From the NCBI GenBank assembly GCA_964391975.1, contig CAYMNZ010000002.1, forward strand, positions 12,708 through 76,707: a stretch of 64,000 nt of DNA, given 5' to 3'. The notes under the pieces are model-generated. The model had not been told where the DNA came from. It worked only from the letters and a program-made list of their open reading frames with translations, and ran no database searches. The translations under genes were made by a program, and so were the position numbers. This DNA is from an uncultured Candidatus Saccharibacteria bacterium. GTDB lineage: Bacteria; Patescibacteriota; Minisyncoccia; Phycocordibacterales; Phycocordibacteraceae. How positions within the stretch are numbered: position 1 is the first letter of the stretch; each line of letters opens with the position of its first letter. Shown piece after piece: positions 36,181-45,520 of the stretch.

Positions 36181-37713
36181 ATGATTGTTGTTCTCAACTA
36201 CGGGAGCCAATTCGCCCACCTTATAGCCAGGCGCGTACGCGACCTTGGGGTTCGTGCCGAAATTCTCCCCGGGGACGCCTCCATTGCTGCTATTCAGAAG
36301 CTCAATCCAGCCGGCATCATTCTCTCCGGTGGTCCTAAGTCTGTGCTTGAGAAGGGAGCTCCCCTTCCAGACAAAGGCGTCTTCACCCTCGGCGTCCCGG
36401 TACTCGGTATCTGCTACGGCCACCAGGCCATGGCACATATGCTCGGCGGTAAGGTAACGCTCGGGAAAGAGCGCGAGTTCGGAAAGGAGACCATTAAGGT
36501 CACCTCGAAGAAGGGCGTGCTCAAAGGACTCGCTGCAAGCGAAGTCGTATGGTTCTCGCACGGCGACCAGGCAACCAAACTTCCGAAGGGCTTCAAGCCA
36601 ACTGCCTCCACCTCCACCTGCCGCTACGCGGGATTTATTGATGAGAAGCGCCACTTCTACGGCATCCAGTTCCATCCGGAGGTAACGCATACAAAGAAGG
36701 GAAAGAAGATTCTTGAGAACTTCGTCTTCGACATCGTGCGCGCAAAGAAGGATTGGAAGATTTCTAAGGTCGGCGAAAAGATTATCGCGGATGTGAAAGC
36801 AGAAGTTGGTAAGGACCACGTGTTGGTAGGTATTTCAGGTGGCGTTGATTCTCTTGTTGCGGCGACACTCATTCACCGCGCAATCGGCAACCAACTCCAC
36901 GCCGTCTTTGTCGACACCGGCATGCTACGCAAGGGAGAAGTTGAGCAAGTCTCAACGTATCTTAAGAAGCACGGTTTCAAGGGGCTCCATGTGGTGGATG
37001 CCTCAAGGACCTTCCTCACGCGCCTTAAGGGTGTTACTGACCCCGAGCAGAAACGCCGCATCATCGGTCACACCTTCGTTGAGGTGTTCGAGAAAGCAAT
37101 TGAGGAAGAGCTCTCTGACTTCCCTATCAAGTACCTAGCGCAGGGCACCATCTACCCGGACCGCATCGAGAGCGCAGCAACCGGCAAGCAAGCGTCAAAG
37201 ATTAAGAGCCACCACAACCTTACCCTTCCCGAGCGCTTCGGTCTCAAGGTTCTTGAGCCAATCAAGGATTTGTATAAGGACGAGGTACGCCGTGTTGGCC
37301 TCACCCTTGAGTTGCCTAAGGAACTTATCTGGCGCCACCCGTTCCCAGGTCCAGGACTTGCCATCCGCATCGTCGGCGAAGTTACCCCCGAGCGCCTTTC
37401 CATACTGCGCGAAGCAGACGCTGTGTATATAGAGGAACTGAAGAAAGCCGGGGAGTACGAGAAGATTTGGCAGGCCTTTGCTGCACTCCTTCCACTTAAG
37501 GTAGTGGGCGTTATGGGGGACGCGCGCACCTACGAGTACGTGCTCGCCCTTCGCGCCGTTGATTCAGTCGACGGCATGAGCGCCGACTGGCACAAGATGC
37601 CACCGGAACTCATGGAGCGCATCTCAAGCGCCATCGTGGGCAAAGTACGTGGCGTCAACCGCATTCTCTACGACGTTACCCAGAAGCCGCCAGCAACGAT
37701 TGAGTACGAATAG
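36181..37713 (+). CDS. guaA: GMP synthase (glutamine-hydrolysing)
   Basis: 510 aa. A GATase domain (GICYGHQ) and an ATP-PPase domain (GISGGVDSLV) are present. Confidence 0.95.
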   Translation: MIVVLNYGSQFAHLIARRVRDLGVRAEILPGDASIAAIQKLNPAGIILSGGPKSVLEKGAPLPDKGVFTLGVPVLGICYGHQAMAHMLGGKVTLGKEREFGKETIKVTSKKGVLKGLAASEVVWFSHGDQATKLPKGFKPTASTSTCRYAGFIDEKRHFYGIQFHPEVTHTKKGKKILENFVFDIVRAKKDWKISKVGEKIIADVKAEVGKDHVLVGISGGVDSLVAATLIHRAIGNQLHAVFVDTGMLRKGEVEQVSTYLKKHGFKGLHVVDASRTFLTRLKGVTDPEQKRRIIGHTFVEVFEKAIEEELSDFPIKYLAQGTIYPDRIESAATGKQASKIKSHHNLTLPERFGLKVLEPIKDLYKDEVRRVGLTLELPKELIWRHPFPGPGLAIRIVGEVTPERLSILREADAVYIEELKKAGEYEKIWQAFAALLPLKVVGVMGDARTYEYVLALRAVDSVDGMSADWHKMPPELMERISSAIVGKVRGVNRILYDVTQKPPATIEYE

Positions 37714-37754
37714 ACCCCTTCCACGCTAGCGGAGGTGGTATCATGAGGTGAGTT

Positions 37755-38228
37755 ATGGCACGCGCCATCATCTATGAATGGGAGGGCCGCGAGTACGAGT
37801 TCGGCGAGAAAGGCGCTGACTGGTATTGGGCACTCGGTATCATCGCGACTGCTGCGGTGGTTGCCTGCATTCTCTTCAACAACATTCTGCTAGCGCTGGT
37901 GATTGCTACCGGTGCAGGAGCCGTTGCTGTACGCACCGCTCGCCACCCGCGCATACATCGCTTCTCAGTGCGTGAGGAAGGTGTCGCCATTGATGACACG
38001 CTCTATCTCTACGCAGACATGCTCCACTTCTCGGTCCTCGAGTACATAGAGAAAGACCTGCCGCCTGCGCTCTCTATAAAGACCCGCCACGTACTCTCCC
38101 CTCACCTTCTCGTTCCTATTGTTGGGCACGACCCACTCAAGGTGTACACCTACATCAGCCAGCATGTACCGGAAGGCAACCACGAGCATTCCATTGTCGA
38201 TCGTCTCATAGAATCGATGCGGCTCTAA
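37755..38228 (+). CDS. hypothetical membrane protein
   Basis: 157 aa with a TM region (WYWALGIIATAAVVACILFNNILLALVIATGAGAV). Confidence 0.45.
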   Translation: MARAIIYEWEGREYEFGEKGADWYWALGIIATAAVVACILFNNILLALVIATGAGAVAVRTARHPRIHRFSVREEGVAIDDTLYLYADMLHFSVLEYIEKDLPPALSIKTRHVLSPHLLVPIVGHDPLKVYTYISQHVPEGNHEHSIVDRLIESMRL

Positions 38229-38270
38229 TCCTTGCGGAAGCTCGCGAAGGGCGATAGAGTCAGGCCTATT

Positions 38271-38342
38271 GCTCCCGTCGTTCAATGGATAGGACGCATC
38301 CTTGCGGAGGATGTAATGTAGGTTCGATTCCTACCGGGAGCA
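38271..38342 (+). tRNA. tRNA-Arg (GCG)
   Basis: GCTCCCGTCGTTCAATGGATAGGAC...anticodon loop TTGCGGA...GGTTCGATTCCTACCGGGAGCA. Confidence 0.65.
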
Positions 38343-38345
38343 CTA

Positions 38346-39152
38346 CTAGATGGTTTTTAAGAACGCGTTCGTGTCAGCTGCTTCTGGTGGCACCGGTTCA
38401 GAAACGCTCCATACGATATCGAAATTCGCCTTAATAAGGGAAGCAAAGTTGCTACTCTGCACTACGAATCCGAACCCTTCTTTCTTCGAAGAAACGAAGA
38501 TGACCTTATCAAGGTAGAGCCAGTAGCTCATCTGCCACTTGATGCCGCGCGGTGCGATTCTTCGTTCGCGCAGATGCTTCTTCCCAACTCCAATGAAGGG
38601 GTATTTCTTCTGATCAGCTGACTCCCCTCGCGGCCATATACTTTTTACCGAGATGTTTCGGCGAATACGCTTACGATTGAATTCCTCAAGGAACTCCGCA
38701 CCAAGTATTTCCACCATGTCATGGGTTGGCCACATGGTGTACGTCTCAATATCGTCATGCCAGAGCATCTCGTTGAGTATTTTCTTAATGTTATCTGCAC
38801 CCGAATAGGATTTGATGCGTGGGACACTCACTTCGTCTTCGCTGGCATACTTTGGTAAGAGTTTCGCAATTGTTTCGCTTTCCTTAGTAAACGACTCAAT
38901 GTTCCCCTGGATGTAGCCCATGAGCTGGGCTGGGTCCTCGACGTGGAACATCTTCTTATTGTCCTCCCCCATTTCCGTCACGAGCCCGTGGTTAATGAGG
39001 AGTTTGAGGTGGTCATAGACCGAAGGGCGCGAGATATCGAGGTACTCAGCCAGCTGGCGTGCTGATGCTTTCTTTATCTCAAGGAGACGCAAGTAGAGTC
39101 TCGCTGCGTTCTCGCTGAGGCCGATGTTGATGAGTGATTGCTGCAGATCCAT
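38346..39152 (-). CDS. TrmB-family transcriptional regulator
   Basis: An N-terminal winged helix-turn-helix (INIGLSENAARLYLRLLEIKKASARQLAEYLDISRPSVYDHLKLLINHGLV) is followed by a C-terminal ligand-binding-type domain. The start is taken at the Met at 39152. Confidence 0.65.
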   Translation of the reverse strand: MDLQQSLINIGLSENAARLYLRLLEIKKASARQLAEYLDISRPSVYDHLKLLINHGLVTEMGEDNKKMFHVEDPAQLMGYIQGNIESFTKESETIAKLLPKYASEDEVSVPRIKSYSGADNIKKILNEMLWHDDIETYTMWPTHDMVEILGAEFLEEFNRKRIRRNISVKSIWPRGESADQKKYPFIGVGKKHLRERRIAPRGIKWQMSYWLYLDKVIFVSSKKEGFGFVVQSSNFASLIKANFDIVWSVSEPVPPEAADTNAFLKTI

Positions 39153-39214
39153 AGTTTGTCGCTTTTCGACGACAGTCTGACACAAATTAGGCCGAAGTCT
39201 ACTATCACGAATCT

Positions 39215-39964
39215 ATGGCGGACAACCTTTCGAATCTGGCGGGAGCGGCGGAGTTCTTCGACTCCCCTACTTCCCCGAGCTTCATCGAGCGGCTCGCACG
39301 CATGTACATGCTTCAGGATCCAGCGTGCCTTGTGGTGCGCGGTCTTCCGGTAACTGGTGACCCACGCCCGGACGACCTCGACATTGAAATCACTCATAAG
39401 GAACAGGCTGGTGAGCGCTATAGTCGAGAAGTATTCGAGCTTCTCAACGAACGTATCGGCGGCAACCGCGTCACTACGCATATGGGAAATGTCATACGGG
39501 TGATTGACCCTGACGATCCGTCCGTCATACGTGTAGAGCCTACGCATACGCACCCGGAAACGGGTGTTAACAATATGTTCTGCAATATCGCGGACGGGGC
39601 AATATCACACGTCACATTCGTCGATGACATATGGAGAAATGCCACGGGATATGAACGTGACGCGTACCAGAAATACGGAATGATAAACCTTAAGGACGGA
39701 AGAGCTCTTTGGTACGCGGAATTCGTCAATTGCCATGACATATTCGAGAAGCTAGAAAAACTGTCTGTACTTCCCAATCAGGACCTAATGACAGCAGCCA
39801 CTGCGCTCGCCCAAGCAATCAGGAATAGTGCGCGTGAATATTACCTACGTGAAGGGGATTTTATATTCTTCTCCCAACTTAAGACTCTGCGCGGTGCACC
39901 AGCGTACCCGGCTCCCACATCAGGCATTGAGAGGCGCTGGTACCAGAGCATGACGTACGCGTGA
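39215..39964 (+). CDS. hypothetical protein with nucleotidyltransferase-fold motif
   Basis: 249 aa. VVRGLPVTGDPRPDDLDIEI matches the minimal NTase hG[GS]...D.D/E motif, as in AadA-type adenylyltransferases. Confidence 0.45.
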   Translation: MADNLSNLAGAAEFFDSPTSPSFIERLARMYMLQDPACLVVRGLPVTGDPRPDDLDIEITHKEQAGERYSREVFELLNERIGGNRVTTHMGNVIRVIDPDDPSVIRVEPTHTHPETGVNNMFCNIADGAISHVTFVDDIWRNATGYERDAYQKYGMINLKDGRALWYAEFVNCHDIFEKLEKLSVLPNQDLMTAATALAQAIRNSAREYYLREGDFIFFSQLKTLRGAPAYPAPTSGIERRWYQSMTYA

Positions 39965-39997
39965 GCCGGAGAGTCCAATCATGTATACTCGCCTGAC

Positions 39998-40072
39998 GCT
40001 CTCGTCGTTCAATGGATAGGACATCTCCCTCCGAAGGAGGAAATGTAGGTTCGATTCCTACCGAGAGCACCA
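39998..40072 (+). tRNA. tRNA-Arg (CCG), CCA encoded
   Basis: GCTCTCGTCGTTCAATGGATAGGAC...anticodon loop CTCCGAA...GGTTCGATTCCTACCGAGAGCACCA. It is a paralogue of the tRNA-Arg at 38271 with nearly identical acceptor, D and T arms. Confidence 0.7.
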
Positions 40073-40090
40073 TTGTGCTACCGTATTGCT

Positions 40091-40384
40091 ATGGGATTTC
40101 ACGAAGATTGGGGGAAGTTCATCGACGCGGTTTCCCCGGGGACCAAGGAGTACCGGAAGCAGCGAGAGCGCGCAAACGAAGGCCCTCTCTCCGCATGCTT
40201 TAAAAACTATCAAGCAGAGAGTGCCCAGGGGGAAGTGTCTGCCAGTACTCGCGCACGCCTTACTGAGATGTACCGTTCATTTAAAACAATCTGGCCGGCG
40301 GTCGAGTGGAACGAAGTTAACAAACCCAAACGTGTTGAGGTAAACAAGCTTCTCAATAAGATAGGGACCGAGCTTGGTGAATAG
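40091..40384 (+). CDS. hypothetical small protein
   Basis: ORF directly 3' of tRNA-Arg(CCG). The start is taken at MGFHEDWGKF. No family recognised. Confidence 0.35.
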   Translation: MGFHEDWGKFIDAVSPGTKEYRKQRERANEGPLSACFKNYQAESAQGEVSASTRARLTEMYRSFKTIWPAVEWNEVNKPKRVEVNKLLNKIGTELGE

Positions 40385-40385
40385 A

Positions 40386-40410
40386 AAAACCGCCCTTCCG
40401 GGCGGTTTTG
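40386..40410. terminator. bidirectional rho-independent terminator (rpsT / upstream ORF)
   Basis: aaaaaCCGCCCttccGGGCGGtttt. Confidence 0.7.
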
Positions 40411-40411
40411 C

Positions 40412-40678
40412 TTAGGCTGTTGCGCGCTTGAGGGCGGCAGCGAGGCGAGACTTCTTCCTCGATGCGGTGTTCTTCTTGATGACGCCGCGCTTTGCTGCCT
40501 TATCAATTGCCTTGTAGGCGGCAGAAAGTGAAGCGGCTGCATCCTTTGCCTTTCCCCCAGAGAGGAGCGTGCGGACTTCCTTGGTGGTGTCGGCGAGTGC
40601 GCGCTTGCGGCGAAGGTTGAACACGTGCTTATTAAGCGACGCGCGGTGGGCCTTCTTTGCTGATTTCGTAATTGCCAT
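40412..40678 (-). CDS. rpsT: 30S ribosomal protein S20
   Basis: 88 aa. MAITKSAKKAHRASLNKHVFNLRRK...AIDKAAKRGVIKKNTASRKKSRL is the S20 signature. Confidence 0.9.
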   Translation of the reverse strand: MAITKSAKKAHRASLNKHVFNLRRKRALADTTKEVRTLLSGGKAKDAAASLSAAYKAIDKAAKRGVIKKNTASRKKSRLAAALKRATA

Positions 40679-40732
40679 GTCGCGGCATAGTACGCTATCC
40701 GTCCTTTTCCTGCAAATGGTAGGATTAAGCGG

Positions 40733-41287
40733 ATGATACGGCAGATACGCGGTCGGGTGGTGTCGGTAAGCCCTGAAGGAGCAGTCATTGATGTCTCCGG
40801 TTGGGGCGTTTCAGTGTCCATGCCTTCGACGGCAACGCTTGTTGTAGGGAGCGAAGTTACGCTTGATACACACCTTGCGATGAAGCAGGACGGGGTTGAG
40901 CTGTATGCCTTTTCCGACCCAGCAGACCTCCGCTTCTTCCAGATGACCCTGCTTGTTCCTGGTGTTGGCCCGAAGACCGCGCTTTCGCTTCTGCGCCGCG
41001 CTCCACGAGAGGCGCTTGAGGGAGCAATTGCCAAGCGCGACATCTCCTACCTCACTCGTGTGGTTGGTCTCGGAAAGAAGGCGGCTGAGAAACTTGCGCT
41101 GGAACTTTCGGAGAAAATTGGCACTGACGGCGCTCCACACGACAGCGAGGATGCTGATGTCTTCGATACGCTGGTGGCGCTCGGCTACACCGACCGCGAA
41201 GCACGTCGTGCAGTCTCCGGCATTCCTTCTGAGGTGGTTGGAAAAGATGCGCGGCTCAAGGCAGCACTCTCTTCTGCTGCCCACTAA
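40733..41287 (+). CDS. ruvA: Holliday junction branch-migration complex subunit RuvA
   Basis: 184 aa. MIRQIRGRV..., helix-hairpin-helix motifs (VPGVGPKTALSLL, VGLGKKAAEKLALEL) and a C-terminal domain III are present. Confidence 0.85.
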   Translation: MIRQIRGRVVSVSPEGAVIDVSGWGVSVSMPSTATLVVGSEVTLDTHLAMKQDGVELYAFSDPADLRFFQMTLLVPGVGPKTALSLLRRAPREALEGAIAKRDISYLTRVVGLGKKAAEKLALELSEKIGTDGAPHDSEDADVFDTLVALGYTDREARRAVSGIPSEVVGKDARLKAALSSAAH

Positions 41288-41289
41288 CT

Positions 41290-42549
41290 ATGGGATTCCT
41301 TCGGAAGGTACTGCAGGTGCTGCTCCCCCGGCCCCTCTATCGCGGACTCCTAACTGGTTACCATTATCTCTGGGCACTCGGGAGTGCGCTTTGGTATGGC
41401 TTCCCTGCTAAGAAGCTGGTGGTCATTGGTGTCACCGGCACCAAGGGCAAGTCTTCTGTCTGCGAGATGCTCGCTGCATGTTTGGAGGAAGGCGGAAAAC
41501 AGGTAGCGCTTTCAAGCACCATTCGCTTCAAGCTCGGCAGCACCTCAGACGGCAACCTCTATAAGATGACCCTGCCAGGGCGCGGGTTCCTGCAGTCGTT
41601 TCTACACAACGCGCGTAAGGCCCGCTGCACACATGCAGTAGTGGAGCTTACGAGCGAAAGCGCCGTGCAGTATCGGCATTCGTTCACGTATCTCAACGCA
41701 CTGGTGTTCACGAACCTCGCAAAAGAACACATTGAGTCACATGGAGGAATGGAAAACTACTTCCAGGCCAAGTATCGACTGGGAGATGCTCTCGCACGTT
41801 CCCCCAAGCGACCGCGTGCCATCATCGCGAACGCAGATGATGAGTACGGAAAGCGCTTCCTCAAGCTCCCACTTGAAGAACAGATTGGGTTCTCGCTTAC
41901 CGATGTTACGGACGTGGTAATGGAAAACGATGGCGTCGCCTTCACGCTCGATGGTGTGCGCTTCTCGCTTCCCCACCCAGGAAACTTCTCGATTCTGAAC
42001 GCACTTGCTGCAGCGAAGGCCGCGCGTTTCCTAGGTGTGCCGCTTGAAGTGAGCGCAAAAGCGCTTGCGAAACTGTCGCGCATTCCCGGACGCGCAGAAA
42101 AGATAGAGGGCGGACAGAAGTTCCTCGCCGTTGTCGACTACGCGCACACACCGGATTCTCTTCGCGCGCTCTACAGTGCGTACCCGTCACGTCGGAAAAT
42201 ATGCGTGTTAGGAAACACTGGCGGCGGGCGCGATACCTGGAAGCGGCCGGAAATGGGGGCCATCGCAGAGGAATATTGCGACGAGGTTATTCTCACGAAC
42301 GAAGACCCCTACGACGAAGACCCTGACGCGATAGTAGCTGCAATGGCGGAGAGGATGCAGAAGAAGCCGCGCATTGTGATGGATAGGCGTGAGGCAATCA
42401 AGACTGCACTCTCGCTCGCACAACCAGGGGACGCTGTGCTTATCACCGGCAAAGGCACCGACCCCTATATCATGGGCGCTCAAGGCTTGCGCACTCCTTG
42501 GAGTGATGCGCGGGTTGTGAAGGACGAACTCGAGAAGCTGGTATCATAG
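41290..42549 (+). CDS. murE: Mur ligase family protein (MurE-like, lacks N-terminal domain)
   Basis: 419 aa. ATP-binding motif VIGVTGTKGKSS, the central ligase domain and a C-terminal domain (ITGKGTDPY). Confidence 0.7.
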   Translation: MGFLRKVLQVLLPRPLYRGLLTGYHYLWALGSALWYGFPAKKLVVIGVTGTKGKSSVCEMLAACLEEGGKQVALSSTIRFKLGSTSDGNLYKMTLPGRGFLQSFLHNARKARCTHAVVELTSESAVQYRHSFTYLNALVFTNLAKEHIESHGGMENYFQAKYRLGDALARSPKRPRAIIANADDEYGKRFLKLPLEEQIGFSLTDVTDVVMENDGVAFTLDGVRFSLPHPGNFSILNALAAAKAARFLGVPLEVSAKALAKLSRIPGRAEKIEGGQKFLAVVDYAHTPDSLRALYSAYPSRRKICVLGNTGGGRDTWKRPEMGAIAEEYCDEVILTNEDPYDEDPDAIVAAMAERMQKKPRIVMDRREAIKTALSLAQPGDAVLITGKGTDPYIMGAQGLRTPWSDARVVKDELEKLVS

Positions 42550-42553
42550 ACGC

Positions 42554-43453
42554 ATGAGTAGCAACGCAGTTTTCTTCCTTGGCGTTCTCATCTTTATATT
42601 CGTGCTCTGGGCCATCACCGGCGGCCCTTCCAAACCGTTCTCCTTTGCAGGCCCGTACCTAAAGCCTATTAGCGGGCCAGGCCAGGTTGCCGAGCCCTAT
42701 GACCTCAAGGCTGGCACCTCCTCAACAAGCGGAACATCCGGGAGCTTCTTTGACCTTGAGGCGCAGATAGACGACCTCTCCTCCTTCGGAGAAGCTTCGG
42801 AGTATCGTGGCCTAGTCTTCATTAGCCGCAACCCGAGCGGCCCACGCAACACGGACGCCAAGCAGGAGTACCTTTCTATCTCCGTCTCACGAAGAGTCGC
42901 TGACCCTATTACCTTTTCAGGGTGGAAGCTCGAGAGCGCATCGACTGATGTTGCAGTAAGCATTCCGCAAGGTGTCGAGGTGCCGCACTCCGGGAAGGTG
43001 AACTCGCTTTCAAATATCACACTCGGCCCTGGTGACACGGCCGTCGTAACGAGCGGCCGCTCTCCAATCGGCGTCTCTTTCCGCGAGAATATCTGTACGG
43101 GGTACCTTTCCGAGTTCCAGGACTTCTCTCCCGAGCTCGCACAACAGTGCCCGAGTGCCCAGTCAGAAATACGTGACGCGGGGGGAGATGACGAGTGTAT
43201 CGACTTTGGCTACACCGTCCCGCGCTGCTCGGTAGTCTCGAGAGCCCCGTCGAGCCTCTCCAATTCCTGCGAGGACATCCTCGGAGACCTCAACTACAAT
43301 TCCTGCGCCGCGCGGCACGTGGACGAGCCGTCATTCATCGGGGGCACCTGGCGCGTCTTCCTTGGTAAGAGTAGCGAGCTCTGGCGAGAGAATCATGAGA
43401 CCATCCGGTTGCTTGACGCTGAGGGTAAGACTGTCGACGTGCTCGCGTACTAG
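42554..43453 (+). CDS. hypothetical secreted protein
   Basis: 299 aa. An N-terminal signal anchor is followed by a Ser/Thr-rich region and multiple Cys in the C-terminal half. Confidence 0.5.
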   Translation: MSSNAVFFLGVLIFIFVLWAITGGPSKPFSFAGPYLKPISGPGQVAEPYDLKAGTSSTSGTSGSFFDLEAQIDDLSSFGEASEYRGLVFISRNPSGPRNTDAKQEYLSISVSRRVADPITFSGWKLESASTDVAVSIPQGVEVPHSGKVNSLSNITLGPGDTAVVTSGRSPIGVSFRENICTGYLSEFQDFSPELAQQCPSAQSEIRDAGGDDECIDFGYTVPRCSVVSRAPSSLSNSCEDILGDLNYNSCAARHVDEPSFIGGTWRVFLGKSSELWRENHETIRLLDAEGKTVDVLAY

Positions 43454-43469
43454 TGGTAGCGTAGCCAAA

Positions 43470-43543
43470 GCCGCCCGTAGCTCAGTTGGTAGAGCAGCTC
43501 CCTTTTAAGGAGACGGTCCCAGGTTCGAGCCCTGGCGGGCGGA
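43470..43543 (+). tRNA. tRNA-Lys (TTT)
   Basis: Body close to canonical tRNA-Lys (TAGCTCAGTTGGTAGAGCAG...anticodon loop CTTTTAA...GGTTCGAGCCCTGGCGGGCGGA). The 5' acceptor side appears 1 nt longer than standard. Confidence 0.7.
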
Positions 43544-44302
43544 CTATTTTTCTTTCACCTCGGAACCAAAGAGGAGATGTTGTACAACGTTGCCCACGAC
43601 CACAAGCATGAGCGCGAAGAGCGCGAGGCCTGATAACATGGTCACGCTCGCAATGACCTTCCCCCACGCGGTCTGGGGAATGAGGTCCCCGTACCCCACC
43701 GTGGTGATGGTCACCATGGCCCACCACATACCATCCGGGATGGTAGGGAAATGCGTTCCAGGAAGCGTGCCTTCTGCCAAGAACATAAGAGTTCCAGAGA
43801 AGACAACCACGAGTACGAGGGCAAAGAGATAAATCTCGACGTTAATCCAATGAATCTTATGAAGGAGACGGCCGAGACGGCTGCGGGTGCGCTCCGAGGG
43901 CGCGATGAAACGCACCAGGCGCACGGTACGCAGAAGCCGGAGTATGCGCAGGAGCCTGAACACCCAAAGAAGACCGAGCGCCCCAAGTGGGGGACCGAAG
44001 AGTGCGAATCCAGGCAGGATGGAGATGAGGTCGATAAGCCCCATCGGGCTTGAGATGTACTTCCACTTGTGAGGTGCCGTGTAGATACGCAGGGCATACT
44101 CAATGGTAAAGAACGCCAGGAAGAATGCTTCGGCCCAGAAAAAGAATGCAGTGTAGTTAGTTACGAGTGCGGGGACTGTTTCGAGAATGACGATGGTAAC
44201 CGAAACGACAATCGCCAGCGCGAGCAACGTATTCACCAAGATGTAGAGCTTCGAATGCTCCTCGTGGAAGGCGCGGAGCGCGAGCCGGTGAAGAGATACC
44301 AT
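43544..44302 (-). CDS. voltage-gated potassium channel (ion transport protein)
   Basis: 252 aa. The S4 voltage sensor is RLLRILRLLRTVRLVR, and the pore helix plus selectivity filter is TTVGYGD. Confidence 0.8.
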   Translation of the reverse strand: MVSLHRLALRAFHEEHSKLYILVNTLLALAIVVSVTIVILETVPALVTNYTAFFFWAEAFFLAFFTIEYALRIYTAPHKWKYISSPMGLIDLISILPGFALFGPPLGALGLLWVFRLLRILRLLRTVRLVRFIAPSERTRSRLGRLLHKIHWINVEIYLFALVLVVVFSGTLMFLAEGTLPGTHFPTIPDGMWWAMVTITTVGYGDLIPQTAWGKVIASVTMLSGLALFALMLVVVGNVVQHLLFGSEVKEK

Positions 44303-44321
44303 AGGAAAATCCTAGCACGCG

Positions 44322-44873
44322 CTACCTCTTCTCGTAGATCATGATGCGCGCCTGATAGATAGCGCCAATGGTCTGTATAACACCCATGATGACGAAGAGC
44401 GCGGTGAAGGAGTAGTAGCTGACGATGAGACCGCCGATCAGGATGGAGACCGCGGTGAGCATCTGCTCCAGGCCGTGGGAGAGACCCCAGCTTAGCCCCG
44501 CCGTCTTAGGGTTCTCGAATTTGGCATAGAGCGCGTCCCAGGTCGGATCCGCAAGCGCGAGTGCGACACCGAGTCCCGCCTGCACGATGAAGAGACCGAG
44601 CGTGCTGTCGACAAAGATATAACCGAAGGTAAAGAGTGCGTTTAACGCATAGCCTGCGGTCATGAGCTTGGCGTGTCCTATCTTGTCGGCCCATCGACCG
44701 ACGACGAGCGAGAGAGCGCCAGTAACAAACAGATAGATTGCCCATGCCCACGTAATCTCAAGAATGTCTCCTCCTACTTTTCCGGCGAAGACCGCAAACA
44801 ATGGACCGAGGAGCCCTTCTCCAAACCACCAGAAAGCCGCTCCGTAAAGGAGAATGCGTTCTTCTTTCCTCAT
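44322..44873 (-). CDS. half-size MFS-like membrane protein (6 TM), possibly a truncated remnant
   Basis: 183 aa, about 6 predicted TM segments, with an MFS motif-A-like GRWADKIG. No partner half is adjacent. Confidence 0.45.
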   Translation of the reverse strand: MRKEERILLYGAAFWWFGEGLLGPLFAVFAGKVGGDILEITWAWAIYLFVTGALSLVVGRWADKIGHAKLMTAGYALNALFTFGYIFVDSTLGLFIVQAGLGVALALADPTWDALYAKFENPKTAGLSWGLSHGLEQMLTAVSILIGGLIVSYYSFTALFVIMGVIQTIGAIYQARIMIYEKR

Positions 44874-45520
44874 ACGGAAAGCGCAAACCGCTCAAGTGCG
44901 AGCGAAAGCTCCAGGTTTCCGCTCCTAGAATCAGAAAGGAGTTCAATCAAATCTCTCGAAAGCTTGCGCGCGCCGTCCTTACCCCACTTCGGGCTTCCCT
45001 TCTGCATCATGTCGCGCGCTTTCCAGTGTAGAAGGCCGTGCACCATCTCAGGAGCATCTCCTTGGCGCAGTGCTGTGGTGATTTCCTTCCAGAGCGCCTC
45101 GCGGTCTTTGGAAGCGAGTGCGTTTACCAGTCCTGAGTTGAACCCTCGTTGAGCCTTCTTCTCCTTGAGGTCTGAGACAAATACCTTCTCGGCCTTCGCC
45201 TCAAGTTTCTTTGCGCGTGCTGCAAGCAGCTTCGGCGCCAGTATCGCAATTGGGTTCGTAGATTCTGCGAGCGCATCAAGATGGTTGAGTAGCACTTCGC
45301 CGGATTCTGCTAGTGAGAATGGGTCATCAATAAGGACGAGTGCTTTCTTGAAGAAGAGTCCTTGAGTGGCAATGGCTTCTGAAAGTGTGTCTTCGGTGAT
45401 GGACTGCGCATCAAGTCGTATATAAGGAGCGTCCGGTTGTTTGCCGCGAGAAGCAGCAATCCACTGAAATGCCTTGGCTCTGGCCTTTCCTGCGTCCGAG
45501 CCGTGGAAGAGGTAGATCAT
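44870..45520 (-). CDS. holA: DNA polymerase III delta subunit-like (short)
   Basis: The start at the Met at 45520 (MIYLFHGSD...) overlaps the polA stop by 4 nt. The length and N-terminal pattern are compatible with HolA. Confidence 0.55.
   Translation of the reverse strand: MIYLFHGSDAGKARAKAFQWIAASRGKQPDAPYIRLDAQSITEDTLSEAIATQGLFFKKALVLIDDPFSLAESGEVLLNHLDALAESTNPIAILAPKLLAARAKKLEAKAEKVFVSDLKEKKAQRGFNSGLVNALASKDREALWKEITTALRQGDAPEMVHGLLHWKARDMMQKGSPKWGKDGARKLSRDLIELLSDSRSGNLELSLALERFALSV

Noticed and set aside
35254-36819. 521-aa minus-strand ORF overlapping the first 640 nt of guaA.
   Set aside because: The N-terminal 220 residues run antisense through the well-supported GMP synthase gene. 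I shortened the call to an internal Met (36150) so the gene is divergent from guaA.
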